From the IMG/VR virus record IMGVR_UViG_2563367162_000001, positions 23,569 to 87,568 of that record: a stretch of 64,000 bases of DNA, one strand, 5' to 3'. A program made the translations under genes and the position numbers. The DNA comes from a virus. Its lineage: Duplodnaviria > Caudoviricetes. The notes below the pieces were generated by a model. It was not told where the DNA came from and searched no databases. It saw only the letters and a list, made by a program, of their open reading frames with translations. Each line of letters begins with the position of its first letter. The stretch's first letter is position 1. This document shows positions 48,062 to 58,532 of the stretch, piece after piece.

Positions 48062-50479
48062 TTAATGTTCGTTGATATATTCCTTTATGGCTTCCTCCAT
48101 TGACATGCGTCGGCTCTTCTCCTCAAGTTCCGACCATATCTCACCCTCCGTCTGGAACGCGAGGAACTTCTCCCTGGAGAACTCGAGCCGGGTGACCACC
48201 CCGTAGTTCTCGCCCATGCGCATGAAGCACTCGGAGTAGGGACGGTCGCAGGAGAAGTTGTTCCGCATGGATTTCATCAGGGCTATCTGTCCGGACTTCT
48301 CCATTTTGAACCTGTCAATGATGCTCCGGTAGATGACCTCCTTTGTCGGCAGTACGAACAGCATGTCCGTGTTGCCGATGATGTTTTTCGTATGTTCGTC
48401 GTCCGGAAGCTGGTCGGGCGTCTGCACGATCGTATACACCGCCCCGTTCTCCTTGCGGATCTTCTGGTAGCAGTAGGCCACGGAGCTGTGTATGCCGGTT
48501 CCCGTGGCCGTGTCCACCATCTGTGCGGTCTCGGCGTATTCGTCGAAGATCAGCACGCCGCGCTTCCGCTTGTCGCTGAGCAGTTTCTTCTGCACGATGG
48601 TGAATATCATGCTCATCACGAGGTTTGACAGGAACCTGTCCTGTTTGATCTGCGTGAGCTCGAAGACGATGAACCTCTTTCCCGAGAAGTCGGTCCTTGT
48701 ATCCCTGCTCACATTCTCGTAACGGTGCCCGGGCATGAATTCCCCGCAGTTCAACCGGAAGGAGTCAAGCTCGAAGTAGGTGCGTGGGACATGTTTTCTT
48801 GCGAGTATCTTCTCATAATTCTCCGTCACATGGTTGTAGAACCCCTCGAAATTGTGTCCTGCGGGCACATGCTCGTAATAGTCCTCTATGAAGAGGTTCA
48901 GGGCGGTCTCCCTTTCCGATTCCTTTTCCGTGAACATGTGCTTCCAGTACCTCTGCACTATTCCGGAGATCATGACAAGCGAGTTGTTGTCAAGCTCCCT
49001 TCCCTCCAGATCGAAAGGGTTTATCCCCAGGGGTGTCCTCCCGTCATAGTCTATATGCATGGATATGTCCGGATACAGCTTGCACAGCTGGCTGAATGAC
49101 TTTCCGAACTCCACGACCACGGCTGTATAGTCCTGCTCGAGCAGCTGCTGTGTGAAATTGAGGGTGAAGGCGGATTTCCCGCCGCCGGTTCCGGCGATGA
49201 CCATGCCGTTGCGCGCGTTCACCCGCTTTTTCCCCGCATCCCAGATGTCCTTTCGCAGGGGTACCTGATACATCCGGTCATGCACGAAGATTCCCTCCGC
49301 GTCGCTGCCGAAGCTCCCGCACTGGAGAAAGAAACACAACGCGACGGACAGGGTGGAGAGGAACAGGTATTCCCCGGGCATCAGACTGATCTGGCCGGGA
49401 ACACAGGCGAAGTGCATTCTTGCCAGGTTCTCGTAGCCCGGTATGTAATATCTGAGCCGGTTCAGGTTCAGCACCTCCCTGACTCTCCGGTCCGCCTTCT
49501 CCAGCTCCTCCACGTCTTCGTCAAAGACACATGTCGAGAAGAAGCAGCGCACCAGGGTCTCGTTCTCGTCCAGGATCTCCTTCTGGAGTTCGTCCAGTTT
49601 TTCGAACTGTGACTTGATGCCCCTGTTCATGGAGGAGTTGCTCCCGTAAATGTCTATGTTCCGGGCGATCAGTGAGCGCAGTCTCTCGTTTCCTTCGAAA
49701 TGGATGACCTGGTTGACTATGTGGTTGTATGGAAGGTACATTCCCAGCTGTTCCATCATGGGGTGGTACAGCTGCGCTCCTGCGGGAGGCAGCGACTCGT
49801 CCTTGACACAGGAGTCCATGACACCGTCCGGAAGGAATGTCTCGTCACACACCGCGTAACAGCGCGCATGGTTTTTACCCGTATGGAGCGAGGAGTCGAC
49901 ATGCGTGTCCGTGACGGCGCCGTCATCACCGAACAGGTTGGAATATCCGCGGGTGAATGCGGAGATCCTCTCATATGGTACCGGGGTTATCGAGGTGTCA
50001 CGCAGGTTCCGGATGATGCTGGCCGCGTTGTTCACCCCCTCAAGGAAGCATCCGAGCCTTGCACGGTCCTCCCTGTGCAGGTTCTCCCTGTAGGACAGGG
50101 GTGAGGACACGTATGCTTTCTCAAGGCTTCTGAGCCCCGGAAGCACGAAATGAAGGAGGCAGGTATGCTCAAGATACAGGCGTCCCTCGAAATGGCGCGC
50201 GTCGGCCCGGTCAAGGAAGGATCCGGCCCGCATGTCGGAATGGTGGCTCCTTTTGAGGAACACGTCCTGCTTGTGCACATAAGTGCCGTCGGGCATGTGC
50301 CTGAAAGCCTCCCGGTACATCCGGTTCCTCTCATCGATGTCCTCCGCCGAGAGGGAGTAGCATTCCGGCTCGTGAAGTTCGAACGGGATGCATATGCTGC
50401 CGCATTTGGTGAGTATGACACTCTGCCCGTCAGCCTCGCTGATTATGTCAAGTATGCTGTATAGTTCTTCTTCTCTCAT
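48062..50479 (-). CDS. traG: VirB4-like conjugation ATPase
   Basis: AGTGGGKS, INPF, IFDEY and IRKENG motifs. Confidence 0.9.
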   Translation of the reverse strand: MREEELYSILDIISEADGQSVILTKCGSICIPFELHEPECYSLSAEDIDERNRMYREAFRHMPDGTYVHKQDVFLKRSHHSDMRAGSFLDRADARHFEGRLYLEHTCLLHFVLPGLRSLEKAYVSSPLSYRENLHREDRARLGCFLEGVNNAASIIRNLRDTSITPVPYERISAFTRGYSNLFGDDGAVTDTHVDSSLHTGKNHARCYAVCDETFLPDGVMDSCVKDESLPPAGAQLYHPMMEQLGMYLPYNHIVNQVIHFEGNERLRSLIARNIDIYGSNSSMNRGIKSQFEKLDELQKEILDENETLVRCFFSTCVFDEDVEELEKADRRVREVLNLNRLRYYIPGYENLARMHFACVPGQISLMPGEYLFLSTLSVALCFFLQCGSFGSDAEGIFVHDRMYQVPLRKDIWDAGKKRVNARNGMVIAGTGGGKSAFTLNFTQQLLEQDYTAVVVEFGKSFSQLCKLYPDISMHIDYDGRTPLGINPFDLEGRELDNNSLVMISGIVQRYWKHMFTEKESERETALNLFIEDYYEHVPAGHNFEGFYNHVTENYEKILARKHVPRTYFELDSFRLNCGEFMPGHRYENVSRDTRTDFSGKRFIVFELTQIKQDRFLSNLVMSMIFTIVQKKLLSDKRKRGVLIFDEYAETAQMVDTATGTGIHSSVAYCYQKIRKENGAVYTIVQTPDQLPDDEHTKNIIGNTDMLFVLPTKEVIYRSIIDRFKMEKSGQIALMKSMRNNFSCDRPYSECFMRMGENYGVVTRLEFSREKFLAFQTEGEIWSELEEKSRRMSMEEAIKEYINEH

Positions 50480-50783
50480 TTTTTCTTGGAATTCTTCTGT
50501 TTAGACTCAGATTGCTGACGGTCATGCCGTGCCCCGACTCCCTGAACTTGGTCGGCCTCGCCTTTTTCCTCAGCTTGTGCCGGAGCGCCGGCAGTCCGGC
50601 CAGCGATACAAGAAGGACCAGCAGGGTCCTGTCCCAGCCACCGGTCGTTATTCCGGAACGTATGCTCAGGAAAAGCAGCACAAGGGCTCCTCCGCAGCAT
50701 CCTACGAAAATCCAGTAGTCCGATGAAAGGAAGCCCCGTATCATGCAGGGGCTTTCCAGTCCTTTCCTGATCTTGTACCTCAT
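50448..50783 (-). CDS. traF: TraF-like protein (VirB3-like)
   Basis: Y.IRKGLE.P N-terminus, two TMs; synteny. Confidence 0.7.
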   Translation of the reverse strand: MRYKIRKGLESPCMIRGFLSSDYWIFVGCCGGALVLLFLSIRSGITTGGWDRTLLVLLVSLAGLPALRHKLRKKARPTKFRESGHGMTVSNLSLNRRIPRKNERRRTIQHT

Positions 50784-51088
50784 ACGGACAGGCTGATTCC
50801 GGATATCGAGCTTTTAACCGCCGTTATCACTACTGCCGCGAGCAGCGCGAAGCCCACATACCAGGCCAGCGAGAACAGCCCCTCCCTGCGGGTTCCCCGG
50901 TTCTCCTTGTCGACGATGTTGTCCCATTGCTGGGACAGCCCCAGGGCGACTCCGGCGAGCATGCAGGCGGCGAAGATCGGCACGGTATAGCCGTCAAGGA
51001 TCTGGTTCATGGCGCTCCGGGCGTCCTGCGCGAATCCCGGTGCAGCTGAGATTAATAAAAGTGCTGATAAAAAAAATCTTCTTTTCAT
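50780..51088 (-). CDS. traE: TraE-like protein (VirB2-like pilin)
   Basis: Signal peptide plus two hydrophobic helices; synteny. Confidence 0.65.
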   Translation of the reverse strand: MKRRFFLSALLLISAAPGFAQDARSAMNQILDGYTVPIFAACMLAGVALGLSQQWDNIVDKENRGTRREGLFSLAWYVGFALLAAVVITAVKSSISGISLSV

Positions 51089-51102
51089 GACGAATCTGTT
51101 GT

Positions 51103-51930
51103 TTATGGTTTGATTGTTCCGGTATAGTCTTCTCCCGCCTCCCAGGGGCGGACGTTCACACCGGAGAGGATGAGCGTCCCTTCCTTGTCCAGGGTCAGCG
51201 CATGGCCGTATCTCTTTCCGGGCTCGAGGGTGCCCGCCGGAAGATACCAGTCGTAAGTTCTTTCCCGGTAATGTATCCGCGCCTTGCCGCCACCGGCCGG
51301 TCCGGGAAACATGAGCAGCCTGTTTCCCACGGAGACGAGGGTTCCGGTTTCCGGTTTTATGGACAGGGTTCCGTCGGCAAGGTCGTACATGCCTTCCGTC
51401 GGCACCCCGTCAAGACTCAGGCTGCAAGCGTCACTTCCGTCCACGGTGACTTCCATAAGGGAGAGCAGGTGTGCCATCTCAATGTCCGCCCGGTTGTTGA
51501 GCCAGTCGAGACGCAGCTCCCCGGATGCCATGTAGTCGGTCTGGGTTGTGAGACTCACGGGCAGTTCCTGCCCCTGTATGCTCAGGAAGGGATGGAAGGC
51601 GAACAGCCTGCAGGCTGTTTCCGTAAGTGTCACTTCCGGGAAATGCCACCCCCCGCCGTATGTCACATGCAACGGGTTGGCGACACCTGTATAGGCACCG
51701 CCCGCATCGTCCAGCAGTATGATGCCGAAATCCTCCACCCGGGAGTTTCCGTCATCCGCGTCGTTGCCGCGGCTGGAGCAGCTTTCTATCTGCAATCCCG
51801 CCTCCCTGTTCTGCGGGAGGGGATCCCGCCCGTCCGAGCAGCCTGTGAGGACTGCCGGCAGCAGGACCGGGATTATAAGTTTGAATACTTTTATTTTCAT
51901 ATATTGCTTCTTAATGTCAGTTTCTCTCAT
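51103..51930 (-). CDS. Fimbrillin-family lipoprotein
   Basis: Lipobox LTGC, FAFHPF, QTDYM, HLLS and LEPGKRY motifs. Confidence 0.8.
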   Translation of the reverse strand: MRETDIKKQYMKIKVFKLIIPVLLPAVLTGCSDGRDPLPQNREAGLQIESCSSRGNDADDGNSRVEDFGIILLDDAGGAYTGVANPLHVTYGGGWHFPEVTLTETACRLFAFHPFLSIQGQELPVSLTTQTDYMASGELRLDWLNNRADIEMAHLLSLMEVTVDGSDACSLSLDGVPTEGMYDLADGTLSIKPETGTLVSVGNRLLMFPGPAGGGKARIHYRERTYDWYLPAGTLEPGKRYGHALTLDKEGTLILSGVNVRPWEAGEDYTGTIKP

Positions 51931-53531
51931 TGTTCTATGTCGACGGAGGTCTTTCCCGGCTGTACAACTTTAAGGGTCAGGGTGTAACCGCTTTCGTCCT
52001 GTTTGAGAGTCACGGTACCTGTTCTCCTTTCCTTGTTCGGGTTCTCCTCATAACTTACCGATGCTCCGTTCACATGGATCCAGCTGTCACCGGACGCGCT
52101 CCATGAAAGGTTCCTTGTTGACTCTCCGGTCTTCTTATAGCTTGTTATGTCTAAAGAGAATCCGCCGGATGATGAGTCGTCCGGATATTCCGTATGACTG
52201 GTTCCTCCCTTCGTATAATAGAAATAATAGCTGACCGGTGATGCCCCCTGGCTGACTGTGGCCGTGGCCGACGCTCCGCCATGTCTTGCCGTAAAGACAC
52301 AGCTCCGGGCGGATGCGGTGTTGTTCTCCGATACCGTCACCGTGTTCCCTGAAAGGAAGAATCCCTCCGCGCCCCCGCTGATGGTGGGGACCGCCGTCTG
52401 TGTGGTTTCCTGCACGCCGTTTACGAAAGTCACACGTGAGGCTTCCGCGCTCAGCATAGAGGTGCCTCCCTGCCAGGACACTGATGTGGGGGTGGCTGTC
52501 AGCGTGACGGACCAGTCTCCATAATTCCGGTATCTGGGCTCGAGAGTACGGTCGGTAAGCACCTCAAAGGTATACCGTGCCGCATCGGAAACTATCCTGC
52601 CGCCCTCATGCCAGCCTGCGAACTCATAGCCCGCCTTCACGCTGGCGGTCACCGTACAGCTGCTTCCCGTGTTATACAGCCCCGCGCCGGTAGTGGTCCC
52701 TCCGGATGCGTAATCCAGAATGGTGATCCGCTTCTTGTAGTCCATCCGGTAGTTGTGCACCTTGCCCGCCTCGGTGACCATGTCGGAGGTGCCGTGGAGC
52801 CTCATGTCCGTATTTCCGGACAGGACCACATAATTGGAGGATGCGGTGAGTGTCTGGGCGGGGATGGTCACCCGGAACACCGCCGTTGCGTCCCCTGCCG
52901 GACTGTACCTGTACATCCTGCAGCTTCCCCGGCTCTCGTCCGTGGTGACGCCACCCGTGAGCAGGTTGAACCGGTTCATGCGTTTCACGTTCTCCAGCGT
53001 CGCCTCCCTCACCCCGTCGTTCCCTTCGATCCTGAGCTCCACCGTTGACAGCCTGTGTCTGAAATGCAGCGGGACCGTATAGTCCAGGACCGGGTCGGTA
53101 TGGGTGGCGGTCATGAAATCCGCCGCCAGCCAGCCCGTCTTTTCGTCCTGGTCGCCGACTGTATGGGATATGGCGGTCAGATCGGTCTGCCCCGTCTTGA
53201 AAGGATAATACACATAGAAATCAAAGTCAGTCCCCGCTGTCACCATGATATTGTCCGCTTCCGTCGCCGGCCTGAACCTGCCGCCGTCATACGTGTATCT
53301 GCTGTTGGTGGCAAAGTACACGCCAGTCTTCGGCTCTATGGCGAAGACACCTATGGCGTCGCCTTTTTCAAAGCTGCCCTCCTGGGTGCTCCGTGTGTCC
53401 GTCCCGGCTGCGGCGGTAAACGTCACAAGCCCGTCCCGTGAGGGCGATTTCCCGGGAAAGGCTTCCTCCCGGCAGCCGGCAAGGGACAGTGCCAGCAGGC
53501 TGCAGACAATCATTGTTATTGTTCTTGCCAT
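51927..53531 (-). CDS. Fimbrillin-family lipoprotein with InlB-B-repeat-like and BACON-like C-terminal domains
   Basis: LAGC, DTRS, YVYYPF, FRHRLS, GYEFAGW and EN..ERRTGTV motifs. Confidence 0.8.
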   Translation of the reverse strand: MARTITMIVCSLLALSLAGCREEAFPGKSPSRDGLVTFTAAAGTDTRSTQEGSFEKGDAIGVFAIEPKTGVYFATNSRYTYDGGRFRPATEADNIMVTAGTDFDFYVYYPFKTGQTDLTAISHTVGDQDEKTGWLAADFMTATHTDPVLDYTVPLHFRHRLSTVELRIEGNDGVREATLENVKRMNRFNLLTGGVTTDESRGSCRMYRYSPAGDATAVFRVTIPAQTLTASSNYVVLSGNTDMRLHGTSDMVTEAGKVHNYRMDYKKRITILDYASGGTTTGAGLYNTGSSCTVTASVKAGYEFAGWHEGGRIVSDAARYTFEVLTDRTLEPRYRNYGDWSVTLTATPTSVSWQGGTSMLSAEASRVTFVNGVQETTQTAVPTISGGAEGFFLSGNTVTVSENNTASARSCVFTARHGGASATATVSQGASPVSYYFYYTKGGTSHTEYPDDSSSGGFSLDITSYKKTGESTRNLSWSASGDSWIHVNGASVSYEENPNKERRTGTVTLKQDESGYTLTLKVVQPGKTSVDIEQ

Positions 53532-53579
53532 TGTTTTATGTTTTACAGGGAACCTTCCGGTTCCCTTCGGATGAGTAAA

Positions 53580-54530
53580 TTATTTGACCGGCACAAGGGT
53601 GATGTCGGATTCGGTGGAGGTCCATCCCTCTATGGTCACCGACTGCCCGTTCGAGCCTCCGATTTCCGCATTGTTGGAACGCATGGTGATCGAGTAGATG
53701 TATCTCTTCCCCGCCTCCCAGGTGATCTGCGGGATGGAATACGTGTAGGTTGCCCCGTCGATCACCACCTCGAGTGTCACCTCGCCTGAGGCCAGCGCCA
53801 TGGGATAGACCGCCGCGGCGAAGTCCACTGCCTGCTGTCCCTGTGCGGGGACGGTCGTGTTCGGCGCCCATGAGAGTTCCGTGGTAGTGGGGCTGAACGT
53901 GATCTTTCCGCCGTCGTTCAGGTTCATTGTGCCCGTGGTGCCGAACTTGGCCCTGGAGGATTTCAGCCTGGCCGATGTGAGGTTGCCGTCGTTATGATAC
54001 TCCGGTGACACTTTCAGACGGATTACCAGCTGTGACAGGGCGTGCTTCATCGGTATCCTGGCGTCTGTCTCCACAACGGAAACCTGGTTGGTGCTTTTCC
54101 CCCACATATAATCAATCGGGGTGCCGGCATTGACGGGGACGGGGATTCTGGTTCCGTCCGTCACCGACTGGTTATACGGATAATATGCCCATATGGTGGC
54201 CTTGTCCGAGAGCAGGTACACGGGGCTGGCCTGCGTCCAACTGTTCGCCTGCCTGGTCGACTTGTTGTTCTGCGCGCTGTAACGGGGATAGGCGTCGCCC
54301 CATCCGGTCGCCTTGTACATGAACAGCCCGATGGCGTCACCCGCCGCCCAGTCCGTTTTGGAGATGAAGCCGGCCCTCGTTTCCGCGCCGACCGTCGGAA
54401 GGATGTTCAGCTGTGATACCGGCTGTTCCTCCCCCGTGTTCTTTCCGTTGAATACTTCCTCGTTGTTGCTGCATGAGGCCAGCAGCAGGCCTGCGGTCAT
54501 GACCGCTGAAAGAAAAAAAATTGTCTTCAT
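53580..54530 (-). CDS. Fimbrillin-family lipoprotein (candidate major type V pilin)
   Basis: LASC, ETRAG, AYYPY, MKHALS and WEAGKRYIY motifs. Confidence 0.85.
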   Translation of the reverse strand: MKTIFFLSAVMTAGLLLASCSNNEEVFNGKNTGEEQPVSQLNILPTVGAETRAGFISKTDWAAGDAIGLFMYKATGWGDAYPRYSAQNNKSTRQANSWTQASPVYLLSDKATIWAYYPYNQSVTDGTRIPVPVNAGTPIDYMWGKSTNQVSVVETDARIPMKHALSQLVIRLKVSPEYHNDGNLTSARLKSSRAKFGTTGTMNLNDGGKITFSPTTTELSWAPNTTVPAQGQQAVDFAAAVYPMALASGEVTLEVVIDGATYTYSIPQITWEAGKRYIYSITMRSNNAEIGGSNGQSVTIEGWTSTESDITLVPVK

Positions 54531-54544
54531 GTTGAAAAAATTAA

Positions 54545-55423
54545 TTAAAGATTTGGTAATTCAGTCTCCGGTATGTCCTCCCACTCGGGAATGACAACCG
54601 GATCGTCTATCGTAAGTTCCCTGCCGATGTGCAGGTTCAGTTCCAAGGAGAGCTCGTCACCGTCAAATCCTCTGACATACGGGGTCAGGTCGACCGACTG
54701 CTGTTCGTCGAACACCGAGTCCTCGCCGTCCATCCCGACCTTTACGGTCAGTGTATTCTCCACCGCGGGATTGAACCCGAAGACATACAGGCTCGTTTTC
54801 CATTCATCCGTGCCCGCTTTGCGTGCGAACACGCTCGTGACACCCGCGTTCCCCGTCCTTTCCCGCGAGACAAGGTACCGTCCGGTCGAGATGCCGGAAA
54901 GCGTGCCTTTCAGGGAGGACAGCGGAGCGGTGTTGCCGGATACGTTGACCTGTATGTTCAGGCGCTGGACGAATGCGGACGGGGTAATCCGCACCCTTTT
55001 GGGGCTCTGGTATTCCAGACGTTCATTCAGCATGGCCGTACAGCAGAATCTCTGCACGCCGGAAATGTATGCCTCGCCGTCCAGCGTGTCGGTGGCGGCG
55101 GTGAGCCGTGCCTCGTGGTAGTCCCCGGTGCCGGCCGCCTCATAATTCCCTGTATAGAACAGGAAGCGGTATCCGCCCTGCGGGATACTCCACCTGAGGG
55201 TGTCCTGCGTGAAGGTCACAGTGGTCCCCGCGGGGAGGTCCGTATCCGCCGGATAGGCTGTCAGATGCCTCTCCTCCGGTACCGGAGGGGGCACGCTGAT
55301 ACCGCTGAAGTCACACCAGGCGACCAGTTCCCCGTTTCTTGTGCAGAAATCCTCATTGAAGTCGCAGCCGGCCAGTGCGGCTGCAAGGACTGCTAAAGAT
55401 ATCAGTCTGTCAGTATAGTTCAT
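54545..55423 (-). CDS. DUF5119/Mfa2-like anchor lipoprotein
   Basis: LAGC lipobox, no TR processing motif, C-terminal IPEW; position in the pilus operon. Confidence 0.6.
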   Translation of the reverse strand: MNYTDRLISLAVLAAALAGCDFNEDFCTRNGELVAWCDFSGISVPPPVPEERHLTAYPADTDLPAGTTVTFTQDTLRWSIPQGGYRFLFYTGNYEAAGTGDYHEARLTAATDTLDGEAYISGVQRFCCTAMLNERLEYQSPKRVRITPSAFVQRLNIQVNVSGNTAPLSSLKGTLSGISTGRYLVSRERTGNAGVTSVFARKAGTDEWKTSLYVFGFNPAVENTLTVKVGMDGEDSVFDEQQSVDLTPYVRGFDGDELSLELNLHIGRELTIDDPVVIPEWEDIPETELPNL

Positions 55424-57479
55424 CTTTATACAAATTATAGGTTACTATCAGTTTGTTGATCTCCGGATCGAGCCTGCCCCTCCATATCTTGGAATCATCC
55501 TGGTCACATGACTTCACATATGTCTTCAGGGCTTCCTCCTCCCGTCCCAGACGGCAGTAGAGGATGGCGAGCAGATAGTTCCTGTCCGAAGTGTCCGGCT
55601 GTGCCAGCATGATGTCGAGCGCACGGCTGTCATAACCGAGCGACATCAGGCAGACCGCGGTGTTGTAGTCCTCACCGTAGGATTCCTCCAGAATGGAGAG
55701 GGCCCTTCTGTATTGTCTGTCCTCTATCAGGCCGACCGCCTCCATGTAGGTGCTGTCGATGACCGGCATCACGACCGTGTCCTGGATCATGTTCCGGCGG
55801 TGGAGATGGAACTTGAACTCCACACCGCGCAGGAGCGGGTAGTGCTTCTCCCGGATACGCCTGTAATCGGAGGCGTATCCGCGCAGGGCCTGCTCCCGGC
55901 TGTCGGGGTTTCTTGTCTCTTCCATGACATGCAGCAGCGCGGTTCTGTTTGACAGGCTGTCATCCGCACGGACCAGCTCGTGCAGTCTGGCCCAGTCCTC
56001 GCCGATCCAGTGGGGGCGGAAGAGCGTGTCGACCCCCTCGCGGTCATCCGTACGTTCGGCAAGGTACCGTTTGAGTGCCAGCGCACGTTCCCTCGAAAGG
56101 AAAAGGTTCATCTCGGAGCTGCCCTCGGGGGACGAGGTGGCCGTCATGCGGATGCTGTCTATCAGGAATTCTCCCGTATAACTGATTCCCCTGATTGTCT
56201 CGAACACCTTGTCGATCTCCGCCTTGTTGTTTCCGGTATTCTCGGAAAAGCCGGTGCTTCCGGGCTTGTAGGTCACATATGCCCGCAGGCTGACTTCGTC
56301 CTTGCGGGTGATGATCCTCTTCTTGTAACGCGGTGTACGGTCAAGGAACTGCACCATGCTTGAAATGAAATAGGTAATCGTGTCCGACGGGGGAAGCGCT
56401 GTCCGTGTCTCGTCCTTCGAGAGTATCTGGCCGTCAAGCGTGAGGTCTATCTTCTTCGTGTTCTCGGTGGCGGGAAGCTCCTGCTTGTAGTAATACACGA
56501 AACTGTCGCCCTCCTTTATGACCGTGTCCAGACGGGCGCTCTCGTAGGGAAAGCGTACATACTTCTCGTACATCTCGCCGGCCAGTTCCTTCCTTTTCTG
56601 GTTCTCGGCCATTTTTCCGTAATCGGTGAAACGTTCCGTTATCGCGGCGGAATCTTCCGGAGTGATGCTTTTTGTGCGGATCCTGTGGTTGCCGTCGGCG
56701 AAGATCCTCCATTTGGAGGGGATGTACCGGCCGTCCATCTCCCGACGCAGCCAGTATGCCGGAAGATGCTCGAGTATGGAGTTGTATCCGGCGATGGCCT
56801 GCCGGTTGCGCTCCATCTTGTAATTGAACAGCGCGAACCGGGCGTTGGCCTTGTCGGACCAGTCAATCCACCTCTCCTTGGCGATGACCTCGTGTTTCCA
56901 TGCCTGGAAGTATTCGTCCTCAAGCTCTGCCAGCGCCTTCCTGTAGCCTTTCTCGTCAAACAGTTTCTGCAGGTAAAGGCTGTCCGGAATGATGGAGTTC
57001 ATGAACGCCTGGTACCGCATATAACCCTTTTTCTGCATTTTGGCGAAATCGGCTCCCGAAAGGAAGATCCTCTCCAGACGGATCGTGTCCGTCCGCTTGT
57101 AGGCCACGGGAGTGAGCTGGAGCTGCCATTTGTTGCTGATCAGCTCGCCGGGAACCGTGACTACAAAATCCAGGTTGATCCTGCCGTTTCTCTCGGCCAC
57201 CTGTTTGCTTCTCGCCACCACGGTGATTTCCGTCAGTTCCATCTGGGTTATGTATTCACCCGTCACACTGTCCTTCGCAGCTTCCGTCACGATATGCTGC
57301 ACCCCCTTCTCGTCCGTCCAGGTAACCTGTTTGGGGAGCTGGTAGTTCGTGTCGGCCGCCGTCTCCCTCATTTGTGGCTGGGAGATGCGCACACGTGCCA
57401 GGCGGGGAGCGGTGGAACAGGAAAGCAGCAGGCCGGAGAACACTGCGAACGGCAGGATATGTCTTGTCTTTCTCATCAT
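55410..57479 (-). CDS. Pilus-associated lipoprotein with OmpA-like and TPR-like regions
   Basis: SSPEG...N..LS.ERA, GEDW and YPLLR motifs. Confidence 0.7.
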   Translation of the reverse strand: MMRKTRHILPFAVFSGLLLSCSTAPRLARVRISQPQMRETAADTNYQLPKQVTWTDEKGVQHIVTEAAKDSVTGEYITQMELTEITVVARSKQVAERNGRINLDFVVTVPGELISNKWQLQLTPVAYKRTDTIRLERIFLSGADFAKMQKKGYMRYQAFMNSIIPDSLYLQKLFDEKGYRKALAELEDEYFQAWKHEVIAKERWIDWSDKANARFALFNYKMERNRQAIAGYNSILEHLPAYWLRREMDGRYIPSKWRIFADGNHRIRTKSITPEDSAAITERFTDYGKMAENQKRKELAGEMYEKYVRFPYESARLDTVIKEGDSFVYYYKQELPATENTKKIDLTLDGQILSKDETRTALPPSDTITYFISSMVQFLDRTPRYKKRIITRKDEVSLRAYVTYKPGSTGFSENTGNNKAEIDKVFETIRGISYTGEFLIDSIRMTATSSPEGSSEMNLFLSRERALALKRYLAERTDDREGVDTLFRPHWIGEDWARLHELVRADDSLSNRTALLHVMEETRNPDSREQALRGYASDYRRIREKHYPLLRGVEFKFHLHRRNMIQDTVVMPVIDSTYMEAVGLIEDRQYRRALSILEESYGEDYNTAVCLMSLGYDSRALDIMLAQPDTSDRNYLLAILYCRLGREEEALKTYVKSCDQDDSKIWRGRLDPEINKLIVTYNLYKDELY

Positions 57480-57488
57480 GGCGGGAAA

Positions 57489-58031
57489 TTAGAACAGATA
57501 TACAAGGTTCAGTGCGGCGCGGGTGGGCAGGAAGCGCCAGCCGTAGTCACTCTCCACCAGGTCCCCGCAGCGTCTGCACAGGTACCTGTCATATCCCAGC
57601 CACACCGCACCCGCACCGATCTCCCATTCGAGGTTCCAGCGTGTGCCCAGCTGGTAGGCTCTCCCGATACTGACCCCCGCACCGTATCCTTCGCCCTCGT
57701 AACGGTACCTGCTGCCGAACAGGTTGCCCGCACTGTATGTGCCGGCAGTGGCGTACATGCCGATGAAACCGCCCATGTAACTTTCCAAAAGCCAGTAACG
57801 TACTCCGGGAGCGGCATAAAAATTGCGGAACTGTCGGTTCTTTGAGAAGGTGAACGGGTTATACTGCAGCGGCAGGTGTAGCGACCATTTGCGGTTCAGC
57901 GTCATGGACGCCTCCAGATTCAGGTTGGCCGTTCCCAGCCCGAGCAGGTTGGTGCGCAGGGAGTAGGACTGCGCCGCCGCGGACAACGAGCAGGCAAACA
58001 GCCCGTAGAGAAGAAAAGAACGCTTTCTCAT
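57489..58031 (-). CDS. DUF3575 outer-membrane beta-barrel protein
   Basis: RTNLL, YNPF, RYEG and terminal PT.AALNLVYLF motifs. Confidence 0.85.
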   Translation of the reverse strand: MRKRSFLLYGLFACSLSAAAQSYSLRTNLLGLGTANLNLEASMTLNRKWSLHLPLQYNPFTFSKNRQFRNFYAAPGVRYWLLESYMGGFIGMYATAGTYSAGNLFGSRYRYEGEGYGAGVSIGRAYQLGTRWNLEWEIGAGAVWLGYDRYLCRRCGDLVESDYGWRFLPTRAALNLVYLF

Positions 58032-58321
58032 GACTGTACGTCCTCCTTGTCCTTGATGACGGTCACCTCCCATGCGGTAAGGGTGTTGAACCACCGGTTA
58101 TCCCACTGGCGGGCGGAAATGTCAAACTTGACATGCACAGTCATACCGGTTTCGACCGCATAACGGTCGATGTTGGCGTTCATCAGTTGCAGGCACACGC
58201 TCTGCGGCCTGCTTTCCTCGGTCTCAAGAACGAACTCGCGGCTTTTCCACTCGTTGCCAGAGGTTTTGCCGATCCCGTCTCTGACGGGAAGTACGGCGAT
58301 GATTTTTCCTTTTATTTCCAT
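58028..58321 (-). CDS. DUF3127 OB-fold protein
   Basis: MEIKGKI, GNEWKS and RWFN...AW motifs. Confidence 0.85.
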   Translation of the reverse strand: MEIKGKIIAVLPVRDGIGKTSGNEWKSREFVLETEESRPQSVCLQLMNANIDRYAVETGMTVHVKFDISARQWDNRWFNTLTAWEVTVIKDKEDVQS

Positions 58322-58532
58322 TCTGTTAATATTTGGTTTTCAAAATGTTACATTTTTATCTATTACAGGATGTCCGCCGGGCCGTAAGGCCCGCCATAGG
58401 GCTGTGACATGGCCGGGATACGTCCTGCAGGGTTTATTGAGATGTTATTGTCGACTATAGGTCGAATGGACGCATCCCGGTATGTTGCTTCTGTCGGCCG
58501 GTGTGACCGGTTATTGGTTACCGGTAACCGGT

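Noticed and set aside
30740-58031. Diversity-generating retroelement targeting the pilins
   Set aside because: No reverse transcriptase ORF, and no template/variable repeat pair with adenine-specific differences was noticed.
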